Shown here: in pieces, positions 1 through 11,176 of the stretch | Numbering within the stretch: the first letter of the stretch is position 1 | Layout of the letters: each line of letters starts with the position of its first letter | DNA from: an uncultured Desulfobulbaceae bacterium | Lineage (GTDB): Bacteria; Desulfobacterota; Desulfobulbia; Desulfobulbales; Desulfocapsaceae | Direction of reading: 5' to 3' | DNA length: 51,803 nt | Assembly: GCA_903891045.1 (NCBI GenBank) | Contig: CAITDH010000086.1 | Location: forward strand, 1 to 51,803 | The notes under the pieces: generated by a model | What the model saw: the letters and a program-made list of their open reading frames with translations, nothing else | Told to the model about the DNA's origin: nothing | Database searches by the model: none | Program-made: the position numbers and the translations under genes

Positions 1-252
1 ACATTGCACACAAGAGACGTGATCATGATCAACCACTTCACTATCAAAACGCCTCTGACGCCCACCCACCTCCAACTTGACAATCACACCAGTCTCAGTC
101 AGAAACTCAAGATTTCGGTAAACCGTAGCTAGACTGATTCTTGGTATTTTCTTCCTGACGATCCCATACAGCTCATCAGCAGTCATATGTTGCCTGCTTT
201 TCTGCAATTCTTGAAGAATTATTTCACGCTGGCTGGTCATTCGTATTGGCAT
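1..252 (-). CDS. fur: Fur-family metalloregulator, first 84 codons (3' end runs off the window)
   Basis: Hand translation of the minus strand from the ATG at 252-250 gives MPIRMTSQREIILQELQKSRQHMTADELYGIVRKKIPRISLATVYRNLEFLTETGVIVKLEVGGRQRRFDSEVVDHDHVSCVQC. It has the winged-helix 'SLATVYRNL' and 'HDH..CxxC' metal-site motifs of Fur/Zur/PerR. An AGGAGG SD lies just upstream. It is absent from the ORF track because it is open at the window edge. Confidence 0.85.
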   Translation of the reverse strand, partial: MPIRMTSQREIILQELQKSRQHMTADELYGIVRKKIPRISLATVYRNLEFLTETGVIVKLEVGGRQRRFDSEVVDHDHVSCVQC

Positions 253-266
253 GAGCCCTCCTTATC

Positions 267-302
267 GATAACGAATATTATTAATAACTAATAATCATTA
301 TC
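267..302. promoter_or_regulatory. Two overlapping Fur-box-like sites directly upstream of fur
   Basis: 284-302 ATAACTAATAATCATTATC matches the classical 19-bp Fur box GATAATGATAATCATTATC at 14/19 positions, with the last 12 all matching. 267-285 GATAACGAATATTATTAAT matches 13/19. Confidence 0.55.
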
Positions 303-396
303 GAGTCAAGGCCTAATTATGAGACGCTTTGATCCACTCCCACTATCTCAACAAGCAAAAAAAGAAGGGTGCACAGCAAGAAAAGAGATAACGGCC

Positions 397-2532
397 CTAG
401 CACAATATCAGATTAGGCACCAGGAAACGCTCCACTTCGTCGGCCGGTAGGGGTTTACTGATAAAGAAGCCCTGTATTTCATCACAAAGATGGAGACGCA
501 TAAACTGAAGCTGTTCCTGAGTCTCCACTCCTTCCGCAATGGTTTTCAAGCCAAGACTTCCAGCCAAGGCAATAATGGCAGTGACAATAGCCGCATCGTT
601 GGGATCCATAGTAATGTCCATGACAAAACTTCGGTCGATTTTTAATGTGTCCAACAGAAAGCGTTTCAGGTAATTCATGGACGAATATCCGGTACCGAAA
701 TCATCAACGGAAAGAGTCACCCCAATCTCTTTTAATTGACTGAGGGTATAAATCGTCTTGTCAATGTCCTGCATAATGGAACCCTCCGTCACTTCCAATT
801 CCAACATGGAAGGTAACAAGCCGCTGTTCAGCAGGGCTTGTTTGACCATAGACACCAGGCCATCCTGACGGAATTGATAACTGGAGATATTCACGGCCAT
901 ACGAATCGATGCCATCCCGGTCTGCTGCCATATGCAGGCCTGACGACAGGCCTCATTCAATACCCATGCACCAATGGGAAGAATCAAACCCGATTCTTCG
1001 GCAATGGAGATAAACTTCAAAGGCGCAATCAATCCCAACTCAGGATGCCGCCAACGGATAAGTGCCTCAAGCCCGGCGATTTTGCCACTGTGCAGATCAA
1101 CCTGCGGCTGGTAAAAAAGGACAAATTCATCTCGCTCCAAGGCTTTTTGGAGATCGATTTCAAGCTTCAGCCTTTCAACCGCCCGATCATGCATTTCATG
1201 GGCAAAAAATTTAAAGGTATTGCCACCACTCTGCTTGGCATGAGACATGGCCACATCGCCATTTTTAAGCAGCATATCAACATCATCGGCATCCCCTGGG
1301 AAAATAGAAATACCCATGCTACCGGAAACATTTATTTCCTGACCGCCAATACAAAAAGACGTTTGCAGTGCTTCCAATATGCGCTGGACCACACACAGGG
1401 TATGCTCCCCTTCGAAAAGTCCGGTCAGAAGGATAGTGAATTCATCACCGGTTAGGCGCGACAGAGAAATATTGGGTTCCTTGGACAAAACTAATTTTCC
1501 GAAGATATCAGAACTTCGAATAGAGTCTGAGAGGCGGGCGGCGATCTTTATTAACAGCTCATCGCCTGCACAATGACCAAGGGTATCATTAATACGCTTA
1601 AAACGGTCAATCCCGAGATAGAGCAGGGCAACCTTGCTGTTGGCCCGCCTGGCGGTAAGAAGTGCCTGTCCCACATAGTTGGTAAAAAGCTGACGATTGG
1701 GCAGGCCGGTCAGGCAGTCATAATAGGCCAGGAAACGGATCTTTTCTTCCGACTGCTTTCTCTCGCTGATATCCTGCACTGTGCCGTGCATGCCGACGGG
1801 AGCTCCGTTACCATCATATTCCACCTCGGCCTGCTCGTGAATGATGCGGGCTGCCCCGTCTGCCAGCTGTATTCTATATTCCAAACGGTATGGCTTTTTC
1901 TCCTCCAGGGCCTTTTTAATGGTAGTCCGGACTGCTTCTTTTTCGTCTGGATGCACGTATTGCAGAAATATTTCATGGCTGAACCGGCCTTCAACAGGGT
2001 CCAGGCCGCAAAGGGTCCACATCTGCCTTGAACAATAGACCGTATCTTTTTCGAAATCCCAATCCCAGTTGCCAAGTCTGGCTATCTTCTGGGCAACAGA
2101 CAACCGCTGCTCGCTCTGACGCAGGTTGCGAAAGATCTCTCCGGCACGCAACAGATACCGCACCCGATGGTTCAACAGCGGCCAGTTGACCGGTTTGGTC
2201 ATAAAATCGGTGGCACCCGCATCAAAGGCGTGCAGGATCGAAGCGATGTCATCCAGACCGGTCACCAGAACAATGGCCGTGTCAATGCCGCTGGGCAGCT
2301 TTCTCATCTCGGCACAGGCGGTAAAACCGTCCATGCGCGGCATCTTGACATCCATGAGAACGAGATCAGGAGAAATACGCTGAAAAACCTCCAGTGCCTC
2401 CATACCGTCCTCCGCCTCTTCCACGGCCAGATTATTCTCAAGAAGGGTTTCAACGATGAGCAGCCGCTCCGCCATATCATCATCGACAACGAGAACAATC
2501 GGCTGTCCCCTGACACCTTTGTTATTATTCAT
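397..2532 (-). CDS. Response regulator REC-PAS-GGDEF(degenerate)-EAL, c-di-GMP turnover protein
   Basis: 711 aa. REC 'VLVVDDD...[13 protein letters not shown]'. The GGDEF position reads 'LTGDEF', a degenerate first Gly. The EAL domain looks intact: 'EALIRW', 'DDFGTGYSS', 'KIDRSF', 'EGVET'. It overlaps the upstream kinase gene by 8 nt. Confidence 0.92.
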   Translation of the reverse strand: MNNNKGVRGQPIVLVVDDDMAERLLIVETLLENNLAVEEAEDGMEALEVFQRISPDLVLMDVKMPRMDGFTACAEMRKLPSGIDTAIVLVTGLDDIASILHAFDAGATDFMTKPVNWPLLNHRVRYLLRAGEIFRNLRQSEQRLSVAQKIARLGNWDWDFEKDTVYCSRQMWTLCGLDPVEGRFSHEIFLQYVHPDEKEAVRTTIKKALEEKKPYRLEYRIQLADGAARIIHEQAEVEYDGNGAPVGMHGTVQDISERKQSEEKIRFLAYYDCLTGLPNRQLFTNYVGQALLTARRANSKVALLYLGIDRFKRINDTLGHCAGDELLIKIAARLSDSIRSSDIFGKLVLSKEPNISLSRLTGDEFTILLTGLFEGEHTLCVVQRILEALQTSFCIGGQEINVSGSMGISIFPGDADDVDMLLKNGDVAMSHAKQSGGNTFKFFAHEMHDRAVERLKLEIDLQKALERDEFVLFYQPQVDLHSGKIAGLEALIRWRHPELGLIAPLKFISIAEESGLILPIGAWVLNEACRQACIWQQTGMASIRMAVNISSYQFRQDGLVSMVKQALLNSGLLPSMLELEVTEGSIMQDIDKTIYTLSQLKEIGVTLSVDDFGTGYSSMNYLKRFLLDTLKIDRSFVMDITMDPNDAAIVTAIIALAGSLGLKTIAEGVETQEQLQFMRLHLCDEIQGFFISKPLPADEVERFLVPNLILC

Positions 2533-5401
2533 CGGGTATATTCTCCAGTTCTACCAGAAACGCGTCAAGAGTCTCCTGGAATGACTCCTCCAGATCGTCA
2601 AGCAACTCCTTTACCGCTTCAGACTTTTCACGATGACCCATATTCTCCAACTCTTTGCAGATTGCGGCAAGTTCAACGGCCCCGAGATTGGCACTTGCCG
2701 TCTTCAGGCTGTGAACCGCCTCCTGCAGGGTGACACTGTCTCCGTTGCTGACTGCCTCATGAATGGTACGCAGGAGAGCCGGAGAATTCTGCTGATACAG
2801 AACTATAATTTTTTTCAAGACATTGGGCCTGTCCGGACGCTGCAGGGAACGAATCATATCCAGTCTCCCCTGATCAAGCAGCGATTTCTTCTGCGGAGCC
2901 TCGTCCTGTTCAGCCTCCTCTTCAATCACCTGCCTGGCAATAATGCATGATGGCAAAAATTTCCCCATGACCTTCTGCAGATCATCCATATTAAAAGGCT
3001 TACTTAAATAATCATCCATACCGGTAGCTTGGCATTGCTCCTTGATGCCCATCTGCACGTCTCCGGTCAGGGCAATAATAGGCACCCGCTCTTTTCCGCA
3101 CTCGGCTTCGTTTCTGCGTATCTCTCTTGAGGCGGTAAAGCCATCCATTTCCGGCATATGGCAATCCATCAGGATAAGATCGTATTTTGTTCCGGAGGCT
3201 GCAGTCACCGCCTCTCTCCCGTTCACCGCCGTGTCAACCCGACACTGCAGTATACGGAGCATATATTGACACACATCCTGATTAATCAGATTGTCTTCAA
3301 CTAGAAGGATATGGGCATTAAAGCCCACAGTAGCAGACGAAAAACCAAATGATCCAGTCTGATGCACCAAACTTGCATCCTCATGTTTTTCCAGCAGAGA
3401 AAGAAGGGTAGTATACAACAGGTTCTGCCGGACCGGTTTGGTGAGATAGCAATCAACACCCACCTGGGTTGCTTGAAAAGACTGCTCATCAAAAGGGGTA
3501 GAACCCAGCATAACCAGAGAGATGCCACTAATTGACACATCCGCCCGTATCTTTCGTACCAGCTCAATTCCGTCCATTTCCGGCATATGCCAGTCCAGCA
3601 GGACAACATCATAGGGGATGCTGTCAGCAGCAGCCTTTCTCAGCAAATCGAGGGCCTGATCCCCGCTTTCCACAGCAGCACTCGTAACCCCCCAGGACCG
3701 CGCCTGATTTTCCAGGATTTCACAGTTGGAGGCGTTATCATCAACGATGAGAAGTCGCATGCCGAGAAGATTTTTTTTGTTTTGTCCAAGATCTTTTTCC
3801 TCAGCATCCGGACGGCAGGAGAATGTCACAGTGAACCAGAAGACAGAGCCCTGTCCCGGTTCGCTGTCAACACCGATTTTACTCCCCATGAGCTGTACAA
3901 GCTGGCGAGATATGGCAAGTCCAAGACCGGTGCCTCCATATTTCCTGGTCGTTGAGCTGTCCGCCTGGGAAAACAGCTCAAAGATTTGATCTTTCATGTG
4001 TGGTGCAATTCCTATACCGCTATCTTCCACAGCAAAACAAATGGTTACATTTTCTCCTTCTTCTGCAATATTTTCAACACGCAACACCACCTCCCCTGAA
4101 TCGGTAAATTTAATGGCATTACTGAGCAAATTTACCAGCACCTGACGCAAACGGTTTGAATCTCCCTTGGCAGCGGTGGGCATATGACCCGTAAAAACAG
4201 AAATCAACTCAAGACCCTTGGTGTAGGCCGGCTCCGCCAGCATATCAGCCGTATCTTCGACCAGCTCGCGCAGATCAAAAAGATGCTCCTCCAGTTCAAG
4301 CTTACCCGCCTCTATCTTCGAGAAATCGAGGATATCGTTAATAATAGCCAGCAGTGAATCGGCAGAACGCTGGATTGTTCCAGCAAAATGACGCTGTCTC
4401 TCTTTCAAGCCAGTATTGAGCAGCAATTCCGTCATCCCCAGGATCCCGTTCATCGGTGTACGAATCTCATGGCTCATGGTGGCCAGAAATTCACTTTTTG
4501 CTTTACTGGCGGCCTCGGCACCGACAAGGGCTTTTTTCAGTTCCTGCACCATTTCTTCCAGTTCTTTCTTGGCAGCTGAAAGTTCCGTGGTTCGAGAAGT
4601 AACCCTCTCTTCCAGGTCTGTACTGTACTCCAGCAGCTCATTATCTCTGGACTGAATTTCTGCAATCATGTCATTAAAACAGTCAATCAAGACGCCAAAT
4701 TCATCTTGGCTCTGCTTGTCCACCCTGACTGAATAATTTTTTCCCCGTGTGACCTCTCCCATGGACTGCATCAGGGAAAAAAGCGGGCCGATAAAGGCCT
4801 TCTGCATCCTGGCAGCGACAATGAGAACGACAAGGAGGGTAACGGCAACGATAATGGAGATGACGACATAGAAGGAGTAGAGCCGGGTGCGGAGCTGGCT
4901 CATATCATTGACCAGATGAATGGTCCCCACCGTGCTCTCGGAAAACTTGACATCCTGAACAACATGCAGATAGCCGTCTCCCATAAAGCTTTGCAAACCG
5001 ACCAGAAACTCCTTACTCTTCGGGATCATTCCCTCATCAAGGTAACGATGCATTGTAGCCCGGGCATTTTCCACCTTCCTGCCATCAGAGGTATATTCTG
5101 CGAATAAGACATTGTGCGCATCATATAAATCGGCATGGATTATTTCAGGTTTGACCCGAAGGCTTTTCAACATTCCCCGGGCCGCCTCCTGATCATTAAA
5201 GGCCAGAGCCGCACCGCTGTTTAAGGCAATCACCTCCGCCATTGAAGAGAGCTCTTTGGCAATATAGTTACGGGCATTTCTTTTCTCGTTGAGAACCAGC
5301 GCGCTGGTGACAAGGGCCAGAGCCAACACGGTGGTCAGACTCATCATCAGGAGAAGCTTGGTCCGGATGGAGAGGTCATCACCTTGCCAGAAGCTGCCCA
5401 T
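2525..5401 (-). CDS. Hybrid sensor histidine kinase (2 TM sensor region-HAMP-HisKA-HATPase-REC-REC-Hpt)
   Basis: 958 aa. H-box '[10 protein letters not shown]'. ATPase boxes '[10 protein letters not shown]', 'DSGIGI', 'GGTGLGLAI'. Receivers '[11 protein letters not shown]' and '[11 protein letters not shown]'. C-terminal Hpt '[12 protein letters not shown]'. The N-terminal about 140-aa periplasmic stretch between two TM helices resembles CHASE8-type sensors (tentative). Confidence 0.92.
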   Translation of the reverse strand: MGSFWQGDDLSIRTKLLLMMSLTTVLALALVTSALVLNEKRNARNYIAKELSSMAEVIALNSGAALAFNDQEAARGMLKSLRVKPEIIHADLYDAHNVLFAEYTSDGRKVENARATMHRYLDEGMIPKSKEFLVGLQSFMGDGYLHVVQDVKFSESTVGTIHLVNDMSQLRTRLYSFYVVISIIVAVTLLVVLIVAARMQKAFIGPLFSLMQSMGEVTRGKNYSVRVDKQSQDEFGVLIDCFNDMIAEIQSRDNELLEYSTDLEERVTSRTTELSAAKKELEEMVQELKKALVGAEAASKAKSEFLATMSHEIRTPMNGILGMTELLLNTGLKERQRHFAGTIQRSADSLLAIINDILDFSKIEAGKLELEEHLFDLRELVEDTADMLAEPAYTKGLELISVFTGHMPTAAKGDSNRLRQVLVNLLSNAIKFTDSGEVVLRVENIAEEGENVTICFAVEDSGIGIAPHMKDQIFELFSQADSSTTRKYGGTGLGLAISRQLVQLMGSKIGVDSEPGQGSVFWFTVTFSCRPDAEEKDLGQNKKNLLGMRLLIVDDNASNCEILENQARSWGVTSAAVESGDQALDLLRKAAADSIPYDVVLLDWHMPEMDGIELVRKIRADVSISGISLVMLGSTPFDEQSFQATQVGVDCYLTKPVRQNLLYTTLLSLLEKHEDASLVHQTGSFGFSSATVGFNAHILLVEDNLINQDVCQYMLRILQCRVDTAVNGREAVTAASGTKYDLILMDCHMPEMDGFTASREIRRNEAECGKERVPIIALTGDVQMGIKEQCQATGMDDYLSKPFNMDDLQKVMGKFLPSCIIARQVIEEEAEQDEAPQKKSLLDQGRLDMIRSLQRPDRPNVLKKIIVLYQQNSPALLRTIHEAVSNGDSVTLQEAVHSLKTASANLGAVELAAICKELENMGHREKSEAVKELLDDLEESFQETLDAFLVELENIPDE

Positions 5402-5402
5402 T

Positions 5403-5981
5403 TCAGTCGCTCTCCACGATGGTTGCCAACTGCAGGATCCGCGAACTTATTTTCAGCCCATGCCGCTCTGCTTCCTGCGGGTTGATCTCAAAATGGAGCC
5501 TGCCATTTTTACTGATAAAATTAATGATCCCCCCGATTCTGGCAAAGTCCGGCGTTTCACCGATGATCAGCACCGGCCTGTCCTTTACGGCCGTCAAAAA
5601 CCTGAGCAGGGTGGCGCGGTCCATATCATTCCTGACAAAAAGAATCTCACACCCCCGGCAATCACTTGCCGCCGCGGTGCGGCGAACCCGTAATATCTTT
5701 TCACCGACCTGCTTGCCATCAATGGAGTGAAAAGCCGCGGCAAGAAAATCATCGTCCCCGACAAGACAAAGATCAACGGTGTCAGGAGAATCATCAAAGG
5801 CCTTGTCGGGCCAGTGGGTGACCTTGGCAAAATTGAGGACAAACGCCGCCTTCACCGCATATTCCTCCCCTTCCATGGCGAAGATTCTATCGGGCAGCAA
5901 GAGGCTGATTCCCAGGAACCAGAGACAGAGGGAAATTGCCAAAACAGGGTTGTGCTGTAGGGTTTGTTTAAACACAGACAC
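5403..5981 (-). CDS. YfiR-family (DUF4154) periplasmic protein
   Basis: 192 aa with an N-terminal signal-like hydrophobic segment. It carries the '[17 protein letters not shown]' and 'VLIIGE' motifs typical of YfiR/DUF4154. Its stop lies 1 nt before the kinase start. Confidence 0.8.
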   Translation of the reverse strand: MSVFKQTLQHNPVLAISLCLWFLGISLLLPDRIFAMEGEEYAVKAAFVLNFAKVTHWPDKAFDDSPDTVDLCLVGDDDFLAAAFHSIDGKQVGEKILRVRRTAAASDCRGCEILFVRNDMDRATLLRFLTAVKDRPVLIIGETPDFARIGGIINFISKNGRLHFEINPQEAERHGLKISSRILQLATIVESD

Positions 5982-5990
5982 GACCTCGGC

Positions 5991-8063
5991 TTAAAATTTA
6001 TAGGTCAGCTTACCGTACACACCCCGACCGACTTCCGTGGGACGGGTAAAATTCTCCTGAACAAATTCCATATGACCGCCGTCCAGCAGGTTCTGGCCGA
6101 CCAGCGCCAGCTCGATCTTTGGCACCGGCCGCCAGGCGAGACGGAGATCGAGGGTCACATACTTGTCTATTTCATACCAGCTTTCGGCTGAATTGAGATA
6201 AAAAGCGGTGACCTTGTCCACATAGCGGAGCCAGACATTCAGATCAAGGTCGTCCCGCAGATTGACGAATCCCCGTAACGAGGCCTGATGATGCGGTTCG
6301 TCGCCAACCTGTTTTCCGGCATTCATATTACTGTCCAGATAACTGTAGGCCAGGTCAAGCTTCAACCAGTCGGTGGCCTGCCAGGCAAGGGCAAGCTCCA
6401 CTCCATGGGATTGGGCAGCAATAGAGTTCTCGGTCAGGTAGTTCTGCACTATAGTGGTGCCTTTAAATACAGGATCCTGTTGTTGAAAGAGTCTCAGCTT
6501 GTCATAATCATTGTAAAAGAGGGCTGTATCCAGCGACAAGTCACGGGAATAGAGAAAACGATATCCCAGTTCATAGGCGGTCAGTCTTTCTGCCCCGAAG
6601 TCTTTTTTGCCTATCATCCGGATCTCAACCGGCAGGGGATTGGATGGATTAAAAAATGGACTGGCAGGATTAAAACTGTCAGGATAGGGGGTGATACCGT
6701 TCAGGATATTTCCGTCATGCTCCAACCTTGAAGGTGTGCGCACCGCTCGGGAAATTGAGGTCCACAGCTTATGATTGTTCTGCACAGCCCACAGCAGCCG
6801 GGCGCTGGGCTCCACCTCATAGCCGCTGTAATCGTTATGCTCCAGTTTAGAGCCAAGGGTCAGCCAGAGAGAGTCCCGGGCAATCATGATTTCATCCTGC
6901 AGAAAAACACTGAAGAGATCGTCCCGCTGGCTTTCCGGGTCCATGGTCAGCACCCAGGGCAGATCCGCGCTGCTGAATTCATCCTCACTGGAGCGATAAC
7001 GTGCCCCCCAGACAATATTATTCCGCTCCCCGGCGGCAAAGAGATGCTGAAAGTCGACATCAAAACTGTCCCGCGCCTCTTTTACAAAGGCCTCATTGCG
7101 TTCAGTCCTGTCATAATAAGCCTGGAGGGTAAATCGAGACCCAGCCGACAACACATGTTCCCAGAGGGCAACCATATTTCTGCCGGAGACATCCGTCTTA
7201 TCGTGAACAAAGCTGGAAAATCCATCAGAAGGAGACCAGCCATAGGAAGCAAGATCCATCTGCTGGTTAATCTTGCCCGTATAGAGATCGCCATGGACCG
7301 AGAGGCTGTCTTTGGCCGTCAATGAAGAATCAATGCGAAAGCCGCCGCGTGCCATGTCCCAGTCATCATGGGCATCTTCGCCGGTTGGATAGTTAAATAC
7401 GTCCCTGGAAAAACCCTTGGCGTAAAAGCGGCCATAGGTGTTTTCCCCAAGGGAAGCTCCATAACGGGCGCCGGCAAAGGCCTGCTCCTGATTCCCTCCT
7501 CCCAGGGCCACCAGGCCCCCCAGGGTCTCAGCCGCATGTCTGGTGATAATATTGATAACGCCATTCACCGCATTGGCGCCCCAGAGGGTGGCGCCGGGGC
7601 CGCGGATCACCTCGATACGGTCGACATCCTCAAGCATGACGTCCTGCACCTCCCAGTAAACGCCGGAAAAAGACGGGGTATAGACGCTCCGTCCGTCGAT
7701 CATCACCAGAAGCTTGTCGGCAAAGCGGCTGTTGGCAGAGCGGCTGTTCACCGCCCATTTATTTGAATCGATGCGGGAGACATTGACTCCGGGAACCATG
7801 CGCAGGGCATCGGGGATATTGGTTACCCCGGATTTCCTCAGATCATCATTGGTAATGACAAAGATGGCGGCCGCACTGTCAGAAAGATTCTGCACCTTTT
7901 TACTGACCGAGGTGACCTTGAGAGCCATCAGCTCCTCAATGGTTAATCCGGTCAGATCCGGCTCCTCGGCAGCCGAGACGCCAGGCTGCTGCAACAAAGC
8001 CAGTGAGGCCAGAACACACAGCATCTTGTACTTTTTAAATATTCTTCTTGGCCCTTGACCCAT
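5991..8063 (-). CDS. TonB-dependent outer-membrane receptor
   Basis: Signal peptide '...LASLALLQQPGVSA|AEE'. Plug motifs 'IEVIRGPGATLWGANAVNGVINIIT'. C-terminal beta-barrel ending in aromatic '...YGKLTYKF'. I chose the ATG at 8063 (AAGGAG 9 nt upstream) rather than the GTG at 8072. Confidence 0.9.
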   Translation of the reverse strand: MGQGPRRIFKKYKMLCVLASLALLQQPGVSAAEEPDLTGLTIEELMALKVTSVSKKVQNLSDSAAAIFVITNDDLRKSGVTNIPDALRMVPGVNVSRIDSNKWAVNSRSANSRFADKLLVMIDGRSVYTPSFSGVYWEVQDVMLEDVDRIEVIRGPGATLWGANAVNGVINIITRHAAETLGGLVALGGGNQEQAFAGARYGASLGENTYGRFYAKGFSRDVFNYPTGEDAHDDWDMARGGFRIDSSLTAKDSLSVHGDLYTGKINQQMDLASYGWSPSDGFSSFVHDKTDVSGRNMVALWEHVLSAGSRFTLQAYYDRTERNEAFVKEARDSFDVDFQHLFAAGERNNIVWGARYRSSEDEFSSADLPWVLTMDPESQRDDLFSVFLQDEIMIARDSLWLTLGSKLEHNDYSGYEVEPSARLLWAVQNNHKLWTSISRAVRTPSRLEHDGNILNGITPYPDSFNPASPFFNPSNPLPVEIRMIGKKDFGAERLTAYELGYRFLYSRDLSLDTALFYNDYDKLRLFQQQDPVFKGTTIVQNYLTENSIAAQSHGVELALAWQATDWLKLDLAYSYLDSNMNAGKQVGDEPHHQASLRGFVNLRDDLDLNVWLRYVDKVTAFYLNSAESWYEIDKYVTLDLRLAWRPVPKIELALVGQNLLDGGHMEFVQENFTRPTEVGRGVYGKLTYKF

Positions 8064-8414
8064 TGCAAGCACTCCTTTCCATCAAGAGAAATCTCGTCAA
8101 ATCTGTACATTGCATCAAATGGAGTATAGCAGAGGCGGGGACCAAGAAACAAATGACTTTCTGGAAATTTATTCACTTTCCAGGATTTTCAGGCCAGAAA
8201 AGGCAAGCGCATTGAACAGACACAGGCCTCCAGACCTTCCAGAAACCGAGGAATACCTTGAAAAATCAGGATTTTCGTTTAAGCTCAAGGCCTGCGAAAA
8301 ATTTTATCGCAGGCACCCCAAAGGGGGGTGCCCTTGAGGTTCATATTCCAGGAATCCAATCCTTTCCATCATGGCATAGCAAAGACGTCGATCAACCGGG
8401 AACCTTTTGCGCAT

Positions 8415-9299
8415 ATGAATAAAATAGTTGAAGTCATCAATCTCAGAAAATCCTTCGGAGACAACATTGCGGTAACCGATGCCTCGTTCTCCGTCAAGGA
8501 GGGTATCTGCTTCGGCCTGCTGGGGCCCAATGGCGCCGGCAAGACCACCACCATGGAGATCATCGAGGATATCATTGCCCCCAGCAGTGGTGAAGTGCTC
8601 TACCGGGGGAGGACACGGGATGCATCCTTCCGGGAAGAGATCGGCATCCAGTTCCAGCACACCTCGCTGCTCAACTTTCTGAGCGTGGAAGAGACCCTGC
8701 TCTCATTTCACAAACTGTATCAGTATCCTGAGGATTTTGACCTGCTGGTCCAGCGCTGCGACCTGACGCCCATCCTCAAGAGACGGAACAACCAGCTCTC
8801 CGGAGGGCAGCTGCAGCGGCTGATGCTGGCCCTGGCCCTGATCAACCGGCCGAACCTGATCTTCCTTGATGAGCCCTCCACCGGCCTGGATCCGCAGTCC
8901 CGCCGGAACCTGTGGGATATTGTCCGCCAGATCAAGGACGAAGGGAAGACGATCATGATGACCACCCACTCCATGGAAGAGGCGGAGTACCTGTGCGACG
9001 AGGTGGCGATCATGGACGTGGGCCGCATCATCGCCTGGGACACCCCGGCCCGCCTGATCCAGGCCCATTGTCAGGGCAACTCCATTCTCCTGCCCGAAAC
9101 CGCCTTCAAGATGAAGCTGGAGGCGCTGCCCTTTGACTGGAAGCGGCGCGACCAGACCATTGTTCTGGAGACCGGCCAGATCAATGAAGGACTGGACAAA
9201 TTGCTGAACCTCGATATCGACCTGACCGACATGGCGATCCACTCATCCAACCTGGAAGACGTTTTTCTCTGTCTGACCGGCAAGGGGCTGAGGGATTGA
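8415..9299 (+). CDS. ABC transporter ATP-binding protein (ABC-2/daunorubicin-type exporter)
   Basis: Walker A 'GPNGAGKTT', signature 'LSGGQLQR', Walker B 'LIFLDEPSTGLD'. Start moved to the internal ATG 'MNKIVEVINLRKSFG', a typical N-terminus. Confidence 0.9.
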   Translation: MNKIVEVINLRKSFGDNIAVTDASFSVKEGICFGLLGPNGAGKTTTMEIIEDIIAPSSGEVLYRGRTRDASFREEIGIQFQHTSLLNFLSVEETLLSFHKLYQYPEDFDLLVQRCDLTPILKRRNNQLSGGQLQRLMLALALINRPNLIFLDEPSTGLDPQSRRNLWDIVRQIKDEGKTIMMTTHSMEEAEYLCDEVAIMDVGRIIAWDTPARLIQAHCQGNSILLPETAFKMKLEALPFDWKRRDQTIVLETGQINEGLDKLLNLDIDLTDMAIHSSNLEDVFLCLTGKGLRD

Positions 9300-9341
9300 A
9301 CGACCGGTAAAGACAATGACAAACAACACACTCCTTGCATC

Positions 9342-10382
9342 ATGAACTTCAAACGCATGTGGGCCATGTTTACGGCCAGAAATCACGAATTTTTCCGCGA
9401 CCGGGCCGCCTTTGGCTGGAACTTTGCCTTCCCCTTCCTGATCATCGTCGGCTTTGGTCTCATCTTCGGGGGCAAGGAACATCAGCAGCTCAAGGTTGGC
9501 CTCTTTGCCGCCGGGCCGGTGACCACAGCGGAAAGCACGGTGCCCCTCGCCTTTCAACAGGGGAGATACCTCCAGTTCATCACCTTCGCCAGCCAGGCGG
9601 AGGGCGAGCAGAAACTGCAGCACCACAAGATTGACCTGCTGCTCGACACCCGGTCGCCAACACACCGCTACTGGATCAACGATTCCTCGCCGCAAGGGTA
9701 TATCGCCGAGCAGATCTTCCTCGCCTCTTTCCTGCAGGACCACCAGGGATTGGCCGAAAAACAGGTGGTCAAGGGGACGCAGATCCGCTACATCGACTGG
9801 CTCTTCCCCGGCATCCTGGGCATGAACATGATGTTTTCCGCCCTCTGGGGTGTCGGATACGTGGTGGTGCGCTACCGCAAAAACGGGGCCCTGAAACGGC
9901 TCAAGGCCACGCCCCTCACCCCCCTGGAATACCTGAGCGCCCAGATGCTCTCCCGCATCTTTCTCATCATGTTCACCATTATCGTGGTCTGGATCGGCTC
10001 CGACCTGATCTTCCACTTCCAGGTGCACGGCAGCTATGCGGCCCTGGCCCTGATCTTTTTCCTCGGCGGCCTCAGCCTCTGTTCCATGGGGTTGGTCCTG
10101 GCCGCCCGCGGCACCAGCGAGGAGTTCACCAGCGGCATCCTCAACTTCATCTCCTGGCCGATGATGTTTCTCTCCGAGGTCTGGTTTTCCCTCGAAGGCT
10201 CTCCCCCCTGGATCCAGGCCCTGGCCAAACTCTTCCCCCTGACCCACCTGCTGACCGGGGCCCGCAAGATCATGAATGACGGGGCCACGCTCGCCGATGT
10301 CCAGGGCGAGTGCCTGGTTCTGATCGCCATCACCCTCATCTGCCTGACCATCGCCGCCCGGCTCTTTTCCTGGAACGAATGA
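9342..10382 (+). CDS. ABC-2 type transporter permease
   Basis: 346 aa with multiple TM helices. It follows the ATPase after a 42-nt gap. The N-terminus 'FKRMWAMFTARNHEFFRDR' is typical of ABC-2 permeases. Confidence 0.85.
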   Translation: MNFKRMWAMFTARNHEFFRDRAAFGWNFAFPFLIIVGFGLIFGGKEHQQLKVGLFAAGPVTTAESTVPLAFQQGRYLQFITFASQAEGEQKLQHHKIDLLLDTRSPTHRYWINDSSPQGYIAEQIFLASFLQDHQGLAEKQVVKGTQIRYIDWLFPGILGMNMMFSALWGVGYVVVRYRKNGALKRLKATPLTPLEYLSAQMLSRIFLIMFTIIVVWIGSDLIFHFQVHGSYAALALIFFLGGLSLCSMGLVLAARGTSEEFTSGILNFISWPMMFLSEVWFSLEGSPPWIQALAKLFPLTHLLTGARKIMNDGATLADVQGECLVLIAITLICLTIAARLFSWNE

Positions 10383-11176
10383 ACGATACGGATATCAGAT
10401 ACCTTGACAGCCACTGCCACCTGCCGGAGCAGCCCCTGACGCCGGGGATTTCGGGTATCATGGAGGGGAAGGGTGGGGTGACCAGGATGCTGTGCAACGC
10501 CACCCGTGAAGAAGACTGGCAACCGGTGATCAAGCTGGCCGCCAGGGGAAAAGGGGGCATCCCGTTCCTCGGCATCCATCCCTGGTTTGCGGACAGCGCC
10601 GGGGCAGGATGGGAGGAACGACTCATGGCCCTGCTGGAGCGGATCCCGGCAGGCATTGGCGAAACCGGGCTGGACAAGAGCTGCCGGGCTGATTTCGCCG
10701 GGCAGCAACGGATCTTTCAGACCCAGCTGCGGATGGCCGCGGAACTCAGGCGCCCCCTGGTCATCCACTGCGTCAAGGCCTGGGGCAGACTGTTGGAGAT
10801 GCTGGAGCAATCCGCAGCCCCGCTGCCGCCGGTGATGATCCATTCCTTTGGGGGGTCGGCCGAGACCTTGCAGCGACTGCTCAGGCTTGGCTGCTTCATC
10901 TCCTTTTCCGCCAGGGTGACCACCGACTCCAGGCTCCACCCCTGCCTTCTGCAAACGCCGCTGGCCAGGCTGCTGCTGGAGACCGACGCGCCAGCGAAAC
11001 CCGGCAGGCAACTGTCTCCTGGCTCTCATGACCAAAAAATAATTTACGACGAACCTGCCGCCATCGCCAAACTGTACGAACTGGCGGCCACGATGCGGGG
11101 CATGGCCCTCGACGAATTCCGCCAAGAGATATGGAAAAATGGAGAGATTTTCACGGATACAATCGTTCCTCGGTGA
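10379..11176 (+). CDS. tatD: TatD-family metal-dependent hydrolase
   Basis: 'YLDSHCHL', 'GLDK', 'VIHCV', 'LLETDAP' motifs. Its ATG overlaps the permease stop (ATGA). Confidence 0.85.
   Translation: MNDTDIRYLDSHCHLPEQPLTPGISGIMEGKGGVTRMLCNATREEDWQPVIKLAARGKGGIPFLGIHPWFADSAGAGWEERLMALLERIPAGIGETGLDKSCRADFAGQQRIFQTQLRMAAELRRPLVIHCVKAWGRLLEMLEQSAAPLPPVMIHSFGGSAETLQRLLRLGCFISFSARVTTDSRLHPCLLQTPLARLLLETDAPAKPGRQLSPGSHDQKIIYDEPAAIAKLYELAATMRGMALDEFRQEIWKNGEIFTDTIVPR

Noticed and set aside
8110-8337. 75-aa ORF in the TBDR/ABC intergenic region.
   Set aside because: It has no SD and no recognisable motif, and it overlaps hairpin-rich non-coding sequence.
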